From Dehalococcoidia bacterium (GTDB lineage Bacteria; Chloroflexota; Dehalococcoidia; Lucifugimonadales; UBA3495): a stretch of 64,000 bases of DNA. The stretch spans positions 2,207,223-2,271,222 of the forward strand of contig OZ252223.1 in the NCBI GenBank assembly GCA_965249145.1. The letters are read 5' to 3'. Each line of letters opens with the position of its first letter. The stretch's first letter is position 1. Both the position numbers and the translations under genes were made by a program. Below are positions 9,615 to 18,102 of the stretch, piece after piece. The notes beneath the pieces are model-generated. The model was given only the letters and a program-made list of their open reading frames with translations, was not told the DNA's origin and ran no database searches.

Positions 9615-10721
9615 CTACCCGGTGAAGATGTCCAGCGGCAGGAAGGCGGAGACTACGAAGTTGGGTACGTCTACTACTTCGCTTACCTTGAGGTCCACCG
9701 CTACGCTGCAGATGCAGTAGGCTTGTTCGCGGGTCCAGCCACGCTCCATCAGAAGGTGGATCATGTTCAGGAGGGCTTGACGGGAGGCCAGCGTGCCGTC
9801 TTCCGACTGGTTCACCCCGTCGGCGATGCACATGCCGGTGGAGGCCAGGAACCGGCGCGGCGCGGCCATTTCAGGGCTAGTGAAGTAGTCGTCGCGCTCG
9901 AAGTAAGGGAAGTTGATGCCCCGCGACGACGCCTCGCCCCTCCGCACCTGGAAGCTGACATGCAGGGTGCAGTCCATCTCAATGGCGGTGCCGCAGCATT
10001 CGGAGTCGCCTTGGGCGTAGTGGGCGTCGCCGGCCGAGAAGAGCGCGCCCTCGGTGAACACCGGCAGCATCAACCGGGTACCGGCGGTGAGTTGCTTGAT
10101 GTCCACGTTGCCGCCGTGCTCCCGAGGCGGGATGGTGCGAAGTCCCTCCGTGGCGAAGGGCTCGTGGGCCGGCACCGCGCCCGCCGGAGTCGGGCCGACC
10201 ACGGCCCCGCCCCGGCGCAGCAGCTCTTCTTCGCGCAGCAGGATCGCTTGGCGTAGCGCCCGCGACGGGGCGACGCCGATGGTGCCCATGAAGGATGCTT
10301 CGGGCACCCGGACGCCGGGCAGCTGCTCCGACTGAGCGAAGCCGTCGCGCATCTCCCAGTGAACGATGAAGGGCTCGAGGTAAAGGTCGCGCAGGAAGCC
10401 GAAGCCGGGCAGGATGGTGGTGAACCCCCAACTCGCGGGCTCGATGCTCAGTATGTTGACCTCCAGCAGGTCGCCGGGCTCCGCGCCGTTGACGTAGACC
10501 GGGCCGGTCAGCGGATGCACCAGCCCCAGGTCAGTGTTGAGCAGGTCGGCGGCTTGGGTCGAGGGGTTTATCTGCATGTCGAAGGCGTTGCGGGTCTGCA
10601 TCACCACTTCCTCTCCGGGGTCGGCGGTGACGGCGGGCGGAATGTCGGGGTGCCAGCGGTTGTGGCCCTTGGTGGGTTCGTCGCCGCACTGCTTGGTGTA
10701 GTCCAACTCGATGGTCTTCAC
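9615..10721 (-). CDS. Acetamidase/formamidase family protein
   Basis: HNRWHPDIPP, HPLTGPV, GGNVD, GDAHYAQGDSE motifs; start set at GTG 10721 behind GGAGG. Confidence 0.9.
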   Translation of the reverse strand: MKTIELDYTKQCGDEPTKGHNRWHPDIPPAVTADPGEEVVMQTRNAFDMQINPSTQAADLLNTDLGLVHPLTGPVYVNGAEPGDLLEVNILSIEPASWGFTTILPGFGFLRDLYLEPFIVHWEMRDGFAQSEQLPGVRVPEASFMGTIGVAPSRALRQAILLREEELLRRGGAVVGPTPAGAVPAHEPFATEGLRTIPPREHGGNVDIKQLTAGTRLMLPVFTEGALFSAGDAHYAQGDSECCGTAIEMDCTLHVSFQVRRGEASSRGINFPYFERDDYFTSPEMAAPRRFLASTGMCIADGVNQSEDGTLASRQALLNMIHLLMERGWTREQAYCICSVAVDLKVSEVVDVPNFVVSAFLPLDIFTG

Positions 10722-10851
10722 GTGGCGCCTCCGCAAATTCAGGCTCGCTGGGCACCCGCATTATAGAACACACTGGGAACGGTTCGAGACTCGACTGCGT
10801 ACTATCAGTCGACCGCCTATAATTCGATTCGTCCGGGAGGTGGAACGAGTG

Positions 10852-12582
10852 ATGGGAATGCGATTGGTGAAGCTGCTGGCCGTGGGCGCGGCCCTGTTGA
10901 CGCTGGCTGTGGGGCTGTTGGCCTGCGGTGGGGGGGACGACTCCGAAATTTCCGATCGTCTGAGCCGGATCGAAGTGGCAACGGCGGCCCCGGCTGCCAC
11001 CACCGCACCTTCCGCACCCGAGGCCGGCCAAGACGGTGCGATGGGACGGGCTGGCCCCACTGGAGCGCCTGGGGCCGGCGGCTTCTTGTCCAATTCGTCC
11101 GAGTCTGCGGCACTACTCCCTGCTCCAACCGCCGCTCCCCGACGTGCTGCCATGGCCACGGCCGCTCCGCCCCCGACCCCGGCTTCGCCCGCTTCCAAGG
11201 TGCAAGCGTCTATGGCGGCCCAGCAGCGGATTATTGTTCACACCGGCAACATGCTGCTGGTGGTGGGCGACGTGGCAGGCTCGGTGGATAGCGTGATCGC
11301 CTTGGCCAGCGAATTAGGCGGCTGGGTTGTCAGTTCCGACCGCTCTTCCCGGCACAGCGGCTCCGTGTCCATCCGAGTCCCGGCGCAGAGGCTTGCCGAG
11401 GTCATGGACCGGCTGGAGGACATGGCGATTGACGCGAAGTCCCGCAATCTGTCCAGCCAAGACGTGACCGACGAGTTCGTGGACACCCAGTCCCGGCTGA
11501 CCAGCCTCCGGGAAACCGAGCGGGTGCTGCTGGACCTGGTGGCTCGCGCCGACAACGTGGAGCACGCCCTCCGAGTGCACCAAGAGATAAGCCAGATCCA
11601 ACTGCAGATCGAACAGATGCAGGGGCGCATCAACTTCCTGCAGCAGACCGCCGCCTACTCCCTGCTGATCGTGCGGCTCGAGCTCTCCACCAACAAGATG
11701 CCGGTAAACGTCGGGCCTGACTCCGCCTACCGCATTGGGCAGGGTATCCGTTTCAGCGCCACGTTCCAGCCTCCGGAGGGGGTGGAGAAATTCACTTTCC
11801 TGTGGGACTTCGGCGACGGGAACCAGGCCAGCGGCACCGGCTCGGCCCCGAAGGCTGACGACCCCAGCACCCGCGTCACTTCGTCGGTCCATCACACGTA
11901 CCACGAAGAGGGCGACTACATCGCCGAGATCACCATCAGCGGGGCCGGCGAGACCGGGCTCGTCGAGGGCTCTGACGCGGCGATCCTGTCCGTCACCCAT
12001 GTGCCGAACATCGAGGTCTTCGCCGGCGACAACCGGGTGGTGGACGAGGGTGACGATGTCGAATACCGCGGCTCGTTCACCCGCCCCGAGGGGTTGTGGG
12101 ACTTCGAGTACCGCTGGGACTTCGGCGACGGCACGCCCACGGTTGTCAGCGCTCCGGACGAGGGGGTGACCCGGGCTTCGGCCCTCCACTCCTACGCTGA
12201 CCACCGGCCCCACGCCTACGAGGCCACGCTCTCCGTCTCAGCCATGAGCGACGCAGGAAGGGTGACCAACACCGCCACGTTCTTTGTTCAGGTCAACGAG
12301 TCGGTCGGCTTCCTCGTAGGCGGCTGGGACGCCGCCGGCACCGGCAAGACAGCAGTGCGGGCGCTTTCTGCCCTGGCGCGGTTCCTGCTCACCGCAATCA
12401 TTTGGATCGGCGTGTTCAGCCCGGTTTGGCTGATCGTCGTCGGCTTGATTGTCTGGAACCGCCGCCGTGCCCGGGACCGCAACGACGACGAAGGCAACAG
12501 CCCGCGCCGCGGCTTCCGTCTGCCCGGCTGGCGGCCGTCCCGGTCGGGGGAGGAGGCTTTGAACCAGGATTCGGACGATTAA
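10852..12582 (+). CDS. Lipoprotein with DUF4349-like domain, two PKD domains and C-terminal membrane helix
   Basis: Lipobox LLAC; SIRVPA, QDVTDEFVD, IEQMQGRINFL (DUF4349-like); two WDFGDG PKD signatures; hydrophobic tail then RRR. SD GGAGGT at 10836. Confidence 0.8.
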   Translation: MGMRLVKLLAVGAALLTLAVGLLACGGGDDSEISDRLSRIEVATAAPAATTAPSAPEAGQDGAMGRAGPTGAPGAGGFLSNSSESAALLPAPTAAPRRAAMATAAPPPTPASPASKVQASMAAQQRIIVHTGNMLLVVGDVAGSVDSVIALASELGGWVVSSDRSSRHSGSVSIRVPAQRLAEVMDRLEDMAIDAKSRNLSSQDVTDEFVDTQSRLTSLRETERVLLDLVARADNVEHALRVHQEISQIQLQIEQMQGRINFLQQTAAYSLLIVRLELSTNKMPVNVGPDSAYRIGQGIRFSATFQPPEGVEKFTFLWDFGDGNQASGTGSAPKADDPSTRVTSSVHHTYHEEGDYIAEITISGAGETGLVEGSDAAILSVTHVPNIEVFAGDNRVVDEGDDVEYRGSFTRPEGLWDFEYRWDFGDGTPTVVSAPDEGVTRASALHSYADHRPHAYEATLSVSAMSDAGRVTNTATFFVQVNESVGFLVGGWDAAGTGKTAVRALSALARFLLTAIIWIGVFSPVWLIVVGLIVWNRRRARDRNDDEGNSPRRGFRLPGWRPSRSGEEALNQDSDD

Positions 12583-12669
12583 AGGACTTCCAGTAAAGGA
12601 CTTCCAAGATGCTAAGGGATGAACGGACGCCCATCCTGGAAATCCGGGAATCCTAGGAATCCCGGTTCA
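12558..12669. repeat. Family A palindromic element, full copy with internal tandem TAAAGGACTTCCA x2
   Basis: TGAACCAGGATT ... AATCCCGGTTCA terminal inverted repeats with internal GGA/TCC periodicity. Confidence 0.75.
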
Positions 12670-12733
12670 TACGTCCAACGACCCGGTCTATAATGGCCTC
12701 CGAGCTGAACTAGAAAACCCTTGGAGGTCGATC

Positions 12734-13600
12734 ATGCAACTGGGTGCTATCTTTCCGCAGACCGAGATCGGGGCGGACCCGGCGGGGGTCCGCGACTTTG
12801 CACAGGCGGCCGAGGACCTGGGCTACGAGCACCTGCTGGTCTTCGACCACGTGCTGGGCGCCGACACCAGCGTGCGGCCGGGCTGGGACCGTCCCTACAG
12901 CTCGGTGGACACGTTCCACGAGCCCTTCGTGCTCTTCGGCTACTTGGGCGCGCTGACCGAGAAGATCGAGTTCGTTACCGGGGTGTTGATCCTCGGCCAA
13001 AGGCAAACCGCGCTGGTCGCCAAGCAGGCGGCTGAGGTGGACGTGCTGACCGGGGGGCGGCTGCGCTTGGGCATCGGCGTCGGCTGGAACGCCGTCGAGT
13101 ACGAGGGACTTGGCGAGAGCTTCACCAACCGGGGCCGCCGCAGCGAAGAGCAGATCGAACTGATGCGCAAGCTGTGGACCCAGGACGTTGTGGACTTCCA
13201 TGGCCGCTACCACGACGTGACCCACGCGGGCATCAACCCCTTGCCAGTGCAGCAACCGATCCCGGTGTGGTTCGGCGGCGGTGCGCCGCAGACCGTCAAG
13301 CGCATCGGCCGGATGGGCGACGGTTGGTTCCCCCAGTTCGGGCCCGACGCCGAGGGCGCCGAGCGCATCGCCGAGATGCGCCAGTACGCCGTGGAAGCGG
13401 GCCGCGACCCCTCGGCCATTGGCATCGAAGGACGCATAGGCCTCGCCACCGACCCTCAAGGTAGCTGGGAGAAAATCGCCGAGTCGTGGGCCGAAGTGGG
13501 CGGGACGCACCTGTCGGTGAACACCATGCGGGCCGGCATAGAGGGCCCCGACGCTCACATCGAGGCCATCCGCCGGTTCAAGGAGACGGTCTCAGGTTAG
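12734..13600 (+). CDS. LLM class, probable F420-dependent oxidoreductase
   Basis: AEDLGYEHLLVFDHV, LVAKQAAEVDVLTGGRLRLGIGVGWN, PIPVWFGG, GDGW. Confidence 0.9.
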   Translation: MQLGAIFPQTEIGADPAGVRDFAQAAEDLGYEHLLVFDHVLGADTSVRPGWDRPYSSVDTFHEPFVLFGYLGALTEKIEFVTGVLILGQRQTALVAKQAAEVDVLTGGRLRLGIGVGWNAVEYEGLGESFTNRGRRSEEQIELMRKLWTQDVVDFHGRYHDVTHAGINPLPVQQPIPVWFGGGAPQTVKRIGRMGDGWFPQFGPDAEGAERIAEMRQYAVEAGRDPSAIGIEGRIGLATDPQGSWEKIAESWAEVGGTHLSVNTMRAGIEGPDAHIEAIRRFKETVSG

Positions 13601-13609
13601 GGGGGCGCC

Positions 13610-13717
13610 TTTTAATCAGGATTCTCTGGATTCGGGGGGTTCTCAGGATTGGGTTGACGGTTAACAGAGCGAATCCAATCCTGAACATCCTTTAATCCGC
13701 CTAATCCCGATTCAAAA
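13610..13717. repeat. Family A palindromic element, full copy between convergent genes
   Basis: TTTTAATCAGGATT..GGATT..CAGGATTGG ... CCAATCCTG..AATCC..AATCCCGATTCAAAA. Confidence 0.75.
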
Positions 13718-14900
13718 TCCCCACCACCCGGTCCAACACCCGGTGGCCGACTTCATACTTGGAAAGCAGGGGAAGTTCCTCGGCCTCGAGGTCGCGACCG
13801 ATCAGCGTTACCAGGTTGTCGTCGGCGCCGAAGCCGCTGTTCTCCACCGTTATATCGTTGGCGACGATCAAGTCGAGCCCCTTGCTCCGCACCTTCACCT
13901 TGGCGTTGGGCACCAAATTTTCGCTCTCGGCGGCGAAACCGACTTTCACGAAGTTTCCTTGAGCTGCCGCCAGAATGTCGGTAGTCTTGGCCAAGGCAAT
14001 CGTCAGTTCATCCTCCGACTTCTTGATCTTCTGCTCGGCAAGCTCCGCTGGCCGGTAGTCGGCCACCGCCGCCGCCATGATCAGCGCATCGGCGGTCTCG
14101 ACATGCGATAGCACGGCGTCGCACATCTGCTGGGCGGTCTGCACTGGCACCACGTCGACCAACGGCGGGTTGGGCAGACCCTTGGCTGCCGACACCAACA
14201 CCACCCTCGCGCCCCGGTCGCGGGCAGCTTCGGCCAAGGCATAGCCCATCTTGCCCGATGAGTGGTTGGTGATCACCCGCACCGGATCTATCGGCTCGGC
14301 GGTCCCCCCGGCGCTGACCACCACCGTGCGCCCGGCGAGGTCGCCGTTGCGGCCCAGGGCGTAGGCGATGTAGCCCAATAGCTCCGGAGTCTCCAGAAGC
14401 CGGCCCATGCCCATCAGCCCGGAGGCTAGGCGGCCTGCGCTGGGGCCGGCGATGACGACGCCTCGATCCTGTAGTTTGCCCAGGTTCTCTTGGGTGGCCG
14501 GGTGGTCGTACATGTCACCGTCCATGGCCGGCGCCACCACCATTGGGCCCTTGTAGGCGACGGCGGTGGTGGTGAGAGCGTCGTCGGCCAGCCCCAAGGC
14601 CAGTCTAGCGATGCTATGCACGGTTGCCGGGGCGATGACCAGCACGTCGGCTTGGTGCGCCAGCATAACGTGCTCGACGCTATACTCGGAGTTGGCGTCG
14701 AAGGCGTCGGTAACGACGGCCCGGTGCGTGATGCTGCGGAAGGCCAGCGGGGTGACGAATTGGGCGGCGCCGTGGGTCATTATGGTATCGACCAGCGCGC
14801 CCGCCTGGGTCAGCTTGCTGGCCAGGTCCAGGGCCTTGTAACAGGCGATGCTGCCGGTGACTCCAAGCACCACTCGTTTGTCCGCCAGCGCGCCGCTCAT
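13701..14900 (-). CDS. coaBC: Bifunctional phosphopantothenoylcysteine decarboxylase/phosphopantothenate-cysteine ligase
   Basis: LGVTGSIACYK, APAT, EPIDPVRVITNHSSGKMG, AAAVADYRP, VGFAAES. Confidence 0.96.
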   Translation of the reverse strand: MSGALADKRVVLGVTGSIACYKALDLASKLTQAGALVDTIMTHGAAQFVTPLAFRSITHRAVVTDAFDANSEYSVEHVMLAHQADVLVIAPATVHSIARLALGLADDALTTTAVAYKGPMVVAPAMDGDMYDHPATQENLGKLQDRGVVIAGPSAGRLASGLMGMGRLLETPELLGYIAYALGRNGDLAGRTVVVSAGGTAEPIDPVRVITNHSSGKMGYALAEAARDRGARVVLVSAAKGLPNPPLVDVVPVQTAQQMCDAVLSHVETADALIMAAAVADYRPAELAEQKIKKSEDELTIALAKTTDILAAAQGNFVKVGFAAESENLVPNAKVKVRSKGLDLIVANDITVENSGFGADDNLVTLIGRDLEAEELPLLSKYEVGHRVLDRVVGILNRD

Positions 14901-14921
14901 GCTATCAACTCGGTCGCCGGG

Positions 14922-15695
14922 CTAAGTCCGCCCTTGGTTCATCTCGTAAATCTGGCGGAGCCCGATCAGGGTAAGGTCGGGGTTGATGCCGTCGAATATG
15001 CCCGTCTCTTTAGATATTATACTGGCCAGCCCGCCCGTCGCGATCACATGGGCCTCGCCGCCCAACTCCTTTTTGATGCGCCCCACCAACCCCTTCACCA
15101 ACTCGGCATAACCCAAGACTAGCCCAGCTTGCAGCGCGGCGGTGGTGTTCTGGCCGATGGCCGAGGGCGGCGGCACCAGTTCCACCCGCCGTAACTGGGA
15201 AGTGTTCAGGAACAGCGCTTCGGCGGCGATGCCAATTCCCGGCGCGATAGCTCCTCCGAGGTAGACTCCCTCGCCTGAGATTACGTCGAACACCGTAGCG
15301 GTGCCGAAATCGACGATTATGGTCGGGAAGCCGTAGAGGGTCTTGGCGGCCACCGCGTCCGCGATGCGGTCGGCCCCTACGTCTCGGGGGTTGTCGTAGG
15401 CGATCTCCAGGCCGGTTTCGACGCCACCGGATACGACGAAGGGCTCGACCTGGAAGTAGGACTTGGCGGCGGCCTCGAACACCCCCGTGAGCGGTGGGAC
15501 CACGCTGCAGATGCAAACGTCGGTGATGTCGGAGCGGTCGATAGAGTTGAGCTGCAGCAGGTTGGTGAGCAGCAGGCCGTACTCGTCGGCGGAGCGGCGG
15601 GAGTCGGTGGCGATGCGGAGGGTGGTGGCCAGTTCCTCGCCCCGGAACACCCCCATCGTGACCATGGTGTTGCCAATGTCGATGGCCAGCAGCAT
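14922..15695 (-). CDS. coaX: Type III pantothenate kinase
   Basis: MLLAIDIGNT, SVVP, VGADRI, VDFGTAT, GGAIAPG, ATGG. Confidence 0.96.
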   Translation of the reverse strand: MLLAIDIGNTMVTMGVFRGEELATTLRIATDSRRSADEYGLLLTNLLQLNSIDRSDITDVCICSVVPPLTGVFEAAAKSYFQVEPFVVSGGVETGLEIAYDNPRDVGADRIADAVAAKTLYGFPTIIVDFGTATVFDVISGEGVYLGGAIAPGIGIAAEALFLNTSQLRRVELVPPPSAIGQNTTAALQAGLVLGYAELVKGLVGRIKKELGGEAHVIATGGLASIISKETGIFDGINPDLTLIGLRQIYEMNQGRT

Positions 15696-15701
15696 CCGCC
15701 G

Positions 15702-15707
15702 ATTATA
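15702..15707 (-). promoter_or_regulatory. -10 box of a probable leaderless coaX-coaBC promoter
   Basis: TATAAT exactly 6 nt before the ATG, with no SD between. Confidence 0.6.
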
Positions 15708-15723
15708 AGCCACCCCTCCCCGT

Positions 15724-15834
15724 CCGTCATCCCGGCCATAGCCGGGGCCCAGAGCCCTTCACCAGCGATCCCGGACCCCGACGATCTCCCAACGTTACGC
15801 AGGCGCTCTGGGTTCCGCCTGCGGCCGGATGGCG
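15724..15834. repeat. CGTC-tagged REP-like doublet (family E), degenerate
   Basis: CCGTCATCCCGGCCATAGCCGGGGCCCCAGAG ... CTCTGGGTTCCGCCTGCGGCCGGATGGCGG inverted pair. Confidence 0.6.
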
Positions 15835-15888
15835 GAGGTGGGTTGGTCGGGCACGACGAGGAGGGTAACCAGCCACGGGTGGGCTAGC

Positions 15889-16584
15889 CTAGAAGGGGCT
15901 GGGGCGCAGGCGGACCACTGGGAGCAAGAGCAGGGAGGCCGTCGCCACGGCGGCCAAGCCCACCGCAGATTCGCTCCAGGTCTCGATGTCGCTGGTGCAG
16001 CGGGACAGGCTCCCATAAGGCCCCGACGATATGCTACTCCCGCCCAGCCGGTCTGCTGGTGCCGGACGGGATTGCCATTCCTGCCAACCGTCGGGACCGC
16101 GCTGCCGCTCCCAACAGCGTGGCGCAGGGTCCTGAACGAATATGAGGGCATAGAAGCCAACCCCGACTATGGCAGCTAGCAGCAATCCCCCGGCGGTGGC
16201 CGGCAACACGGTGGTCAGCGGGCGGCTTGCGGCGGTGAGGCTTCGCACCGCGGCGAAGAGGAGAACGAGTGTCGCGGGCAGGAAGAATACCCCAGCGACC
16301 GTGATGATCAGCGACACGCAGGCGGCGAGCGACAGCAGCCCGATAGCGAATAATACCCCGCCGCGCACCCCGGGGTCCGGAACCCGGGACGCGACAAGGG
16401 CCAAGGCGTAGGGCACCGCCATAAGCAGGGCGAGTGAAAGGTCCCCCGCCAAGCGTTCGCCATTCACCGGCCCTTCACCGATGAAGAGCCGCATCATGCC
16501 AAGGGCGACCGCCGGCAAGAGCCCCAAAAGGGCCCCCACCCGGCCTGCCACGGCACCCCGCCCTGTGTTACGGACCTGGCTCAT
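15889..16584 (-). CDS. Hypothetical integral membrane protein
   Basis: 231 aa, about 6 hydrophobic segments, Cys-flanked loop before the last helix; SD-like GAGGG. Confidence 0.7.
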   Translation of the reverse strand: MSQVRNTGRGAVAGRVGALLGLLPAVALGMMRLFIGEGPVNGERLAGDLSLALLMAVPYALALVASRVPDPGVRGGVLFAIGLLSLAACVSLIITVAGVFFLPATLVLLFAAVRSLTAASRPLTTVLPATAGGLLLAAIVGVGFYALIFVQDPAPRCWERQRGPDGWQEWQSRPAPADRLGGSSISSGPYGSLSRCTSDIETWSESAVGLAAVATASLLLLPVVRLRPSPF

Positions 16585-16783
16585 TGGCCACTCTTTCCCT
16601 CAAGCGGTGGTTCCTCCTTCCACGATACGGCCCATGCCGAATCCGGCGCAAGAGAGCGACGGATACTTTGAAACGCCGACCGACTGCTGGCCATACGACT
16701 GCACCGGGTGGCTGGCGATGGGTTATAATCAGCCCGGCAACACCACGCAAAAACGTACTTGAGCAACTTCGGGATTTTCGTTA

Positions 16784-17545
16784 ATGAGTAGCAAGTTCTT
16801 GGACCGTTTGGATGAGATTCGTGAGGGAGCGCCGCCCCGGATGGGATTCGGGCCGCCGCGCTCCGCCAAAGTGCCAGGTTTGGCGCTGGTCTTGGAGGCC
16901 AACGCGGGTGAGGCGGGCACAGCAGCAGGTCTGTCGCCCGACGCCGTGGTAATCTCGGGACTCGCCCAAGACCAGGTTGAGGGCGTGAAGGACGCTGTAG
17001 AAGTGCCTTGGGGGGTCCGCACCGATTCCCTCGGCGCGGAAGATGCGACGGCCTTCCGAGAGGCGGGGGCGGACCTGTTTGCCTTCCAACTGGCCGGCAC
17101 CTCCTTGGGCGCTGTCTCCAGCAAGGAGGTGGCCCGAGTGCTGTCGGTCGACCCTGCCGCCCCTCCTGAGGACCTGCGGGACATCAACTCATTGCCCGTC
17201 GACGCCGTGCTGATTCCCTTGGGCGGAGCGGCTTCCTCTTGGACTCTCCAGGACTTGGTCAACGTAGCCCGGGTAAGCGGGCGCGTCGGCAAGAACCTAC
17301 TGGCCGAGATAACCGAAGCTCCCGACGGCGATACGCTGGAAGTGCTCCGGAACGCCGGGATCATCGGCCTCGTTATGAATGTTTCGGCGGGCGAAGAGGC
17401 GATTGCCGCGCTGAAGGAGTCGCTGCTCAACATGCCCCGCCCCGGCGCTGACCAGCGCAACACCCGATCCAACGCCATCCTGCCCGGGGCGGTCTATAGC
17501 GCTGGCCAGTCCGCTCAGCAGGAAGAGCCCGACGAGGACGAATAA
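16784..17545 (+). CDS. Hypothetical protein, possible TIM-barrel/aldolase-like fold
   Basis: Alternating beta/alpha pattern (GADLFAF, PVDAVLI, AGIIGLV); acidic tail; TATAAT upstream at about 16724. Confidence 0.65.
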   Translation: MSSKFLDRLDEIREGAPPRMGFGPPRSAKVPGLALVLEANAGEAGTAAGLSPDAVVISGLAQDQVEGVKDAVEVPWGVRTDSLGAEDATAFREAGADLFAFQLAGTSLGAVSSKEVARVLSVDPAAPPEDLRDINSLPVDAVLIPLGGAASSWTLQDLVNVARVSGRVGKNLLAEITEAPDGDTLEVLRNAGIIGLVMNVSAGEEAIAALKESLLNMPRPGADQRNTRSNAILPGAVYSAGQSAQQEEPDEDE

Positions 17546-17546
17546 G

Positions 17547-18053
17547 GTGCAAGAAGAAGAGCACCAGCAAGAGCACGACCACGAACATGAGCACGAGCAT
17601 TACGGCCTGCTCCCGGCCGACGGGGTGGTTGAGCTAACCGACAAGCTCACCGGCTATATGTACGAGATCGAGCACGGCGGGTTTTCCGACGTGGTGGGCC
17701 AGGTGCTCGACGATTTCTTGGAACAGTCGGGCGCTCTGCCCGACGACCTGAAGGACTCCGGGGCCTTCGAGCAAATATCCCGGGGCCAACTGGCGGTGAC
17801 CCTCGCCTACAATTTGGGACGCCTTGAGGGACGTTCGCCCCAGGTGGTCAACGCTCTGATCGCCCAGGCTATCCAGTCCTTCGGATTCTTGCCGGTGGAC
17901 GAGGGGCCGGAGATAACCGACGAGGACTTCGAGGACCCCAAGGTGCAGGTCTACCCGAGAATGCGCCGCCTGAGATACCAGGAGCCCCAAATCCTGCAAG
18001 TCCAACGCCGGGACGACAACCCGGCGCCGGACACACCCGGGGAACCAGAGTAG
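17547..18053 (+). CDS. Hypothetical acidic protein with His/Glu-rich N-terminus
   Basis: Starts 1 nt after the upstream stop; EHDHEHEHEH tract. Confidence 0.7.
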   Translation: MQEEEHQQEHDHEHEHEHYGLLPADGVVELTDKLTGYMYEIEHGGFSDVVGQVLDDFLEQSGALPDDLKDSGAFEQISRGQLAVTLAYNLGRLEGRSPQVVNALIAQAIQSFGFLPVDEGPEITDEDFEDPKVQVYPRMRRLRYQEPQILQVQRRDDNPAPDTPGEPE

Positions 18054-18076
18054 GGGCGATTCGCGGATCGCCCCTA
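18050..18076. repeat. GTAG-tagged REP (family C)
   Basis: GTAGGGGCGATTCGCGGATCGCCCCTA hairpin; contains the TAG stop of the upstream ORF. Confidence 0.75.
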
Positions 18077-18102
18077 AGATTATCACCCGACGAGGCACAG
18101 CA

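Noticed and set aside
12580-12606. Mini CRISPR array
   Set aside because: Only two 13-bp units separated by 1 nt, inside a palindromic element; no spacers or cas genes.
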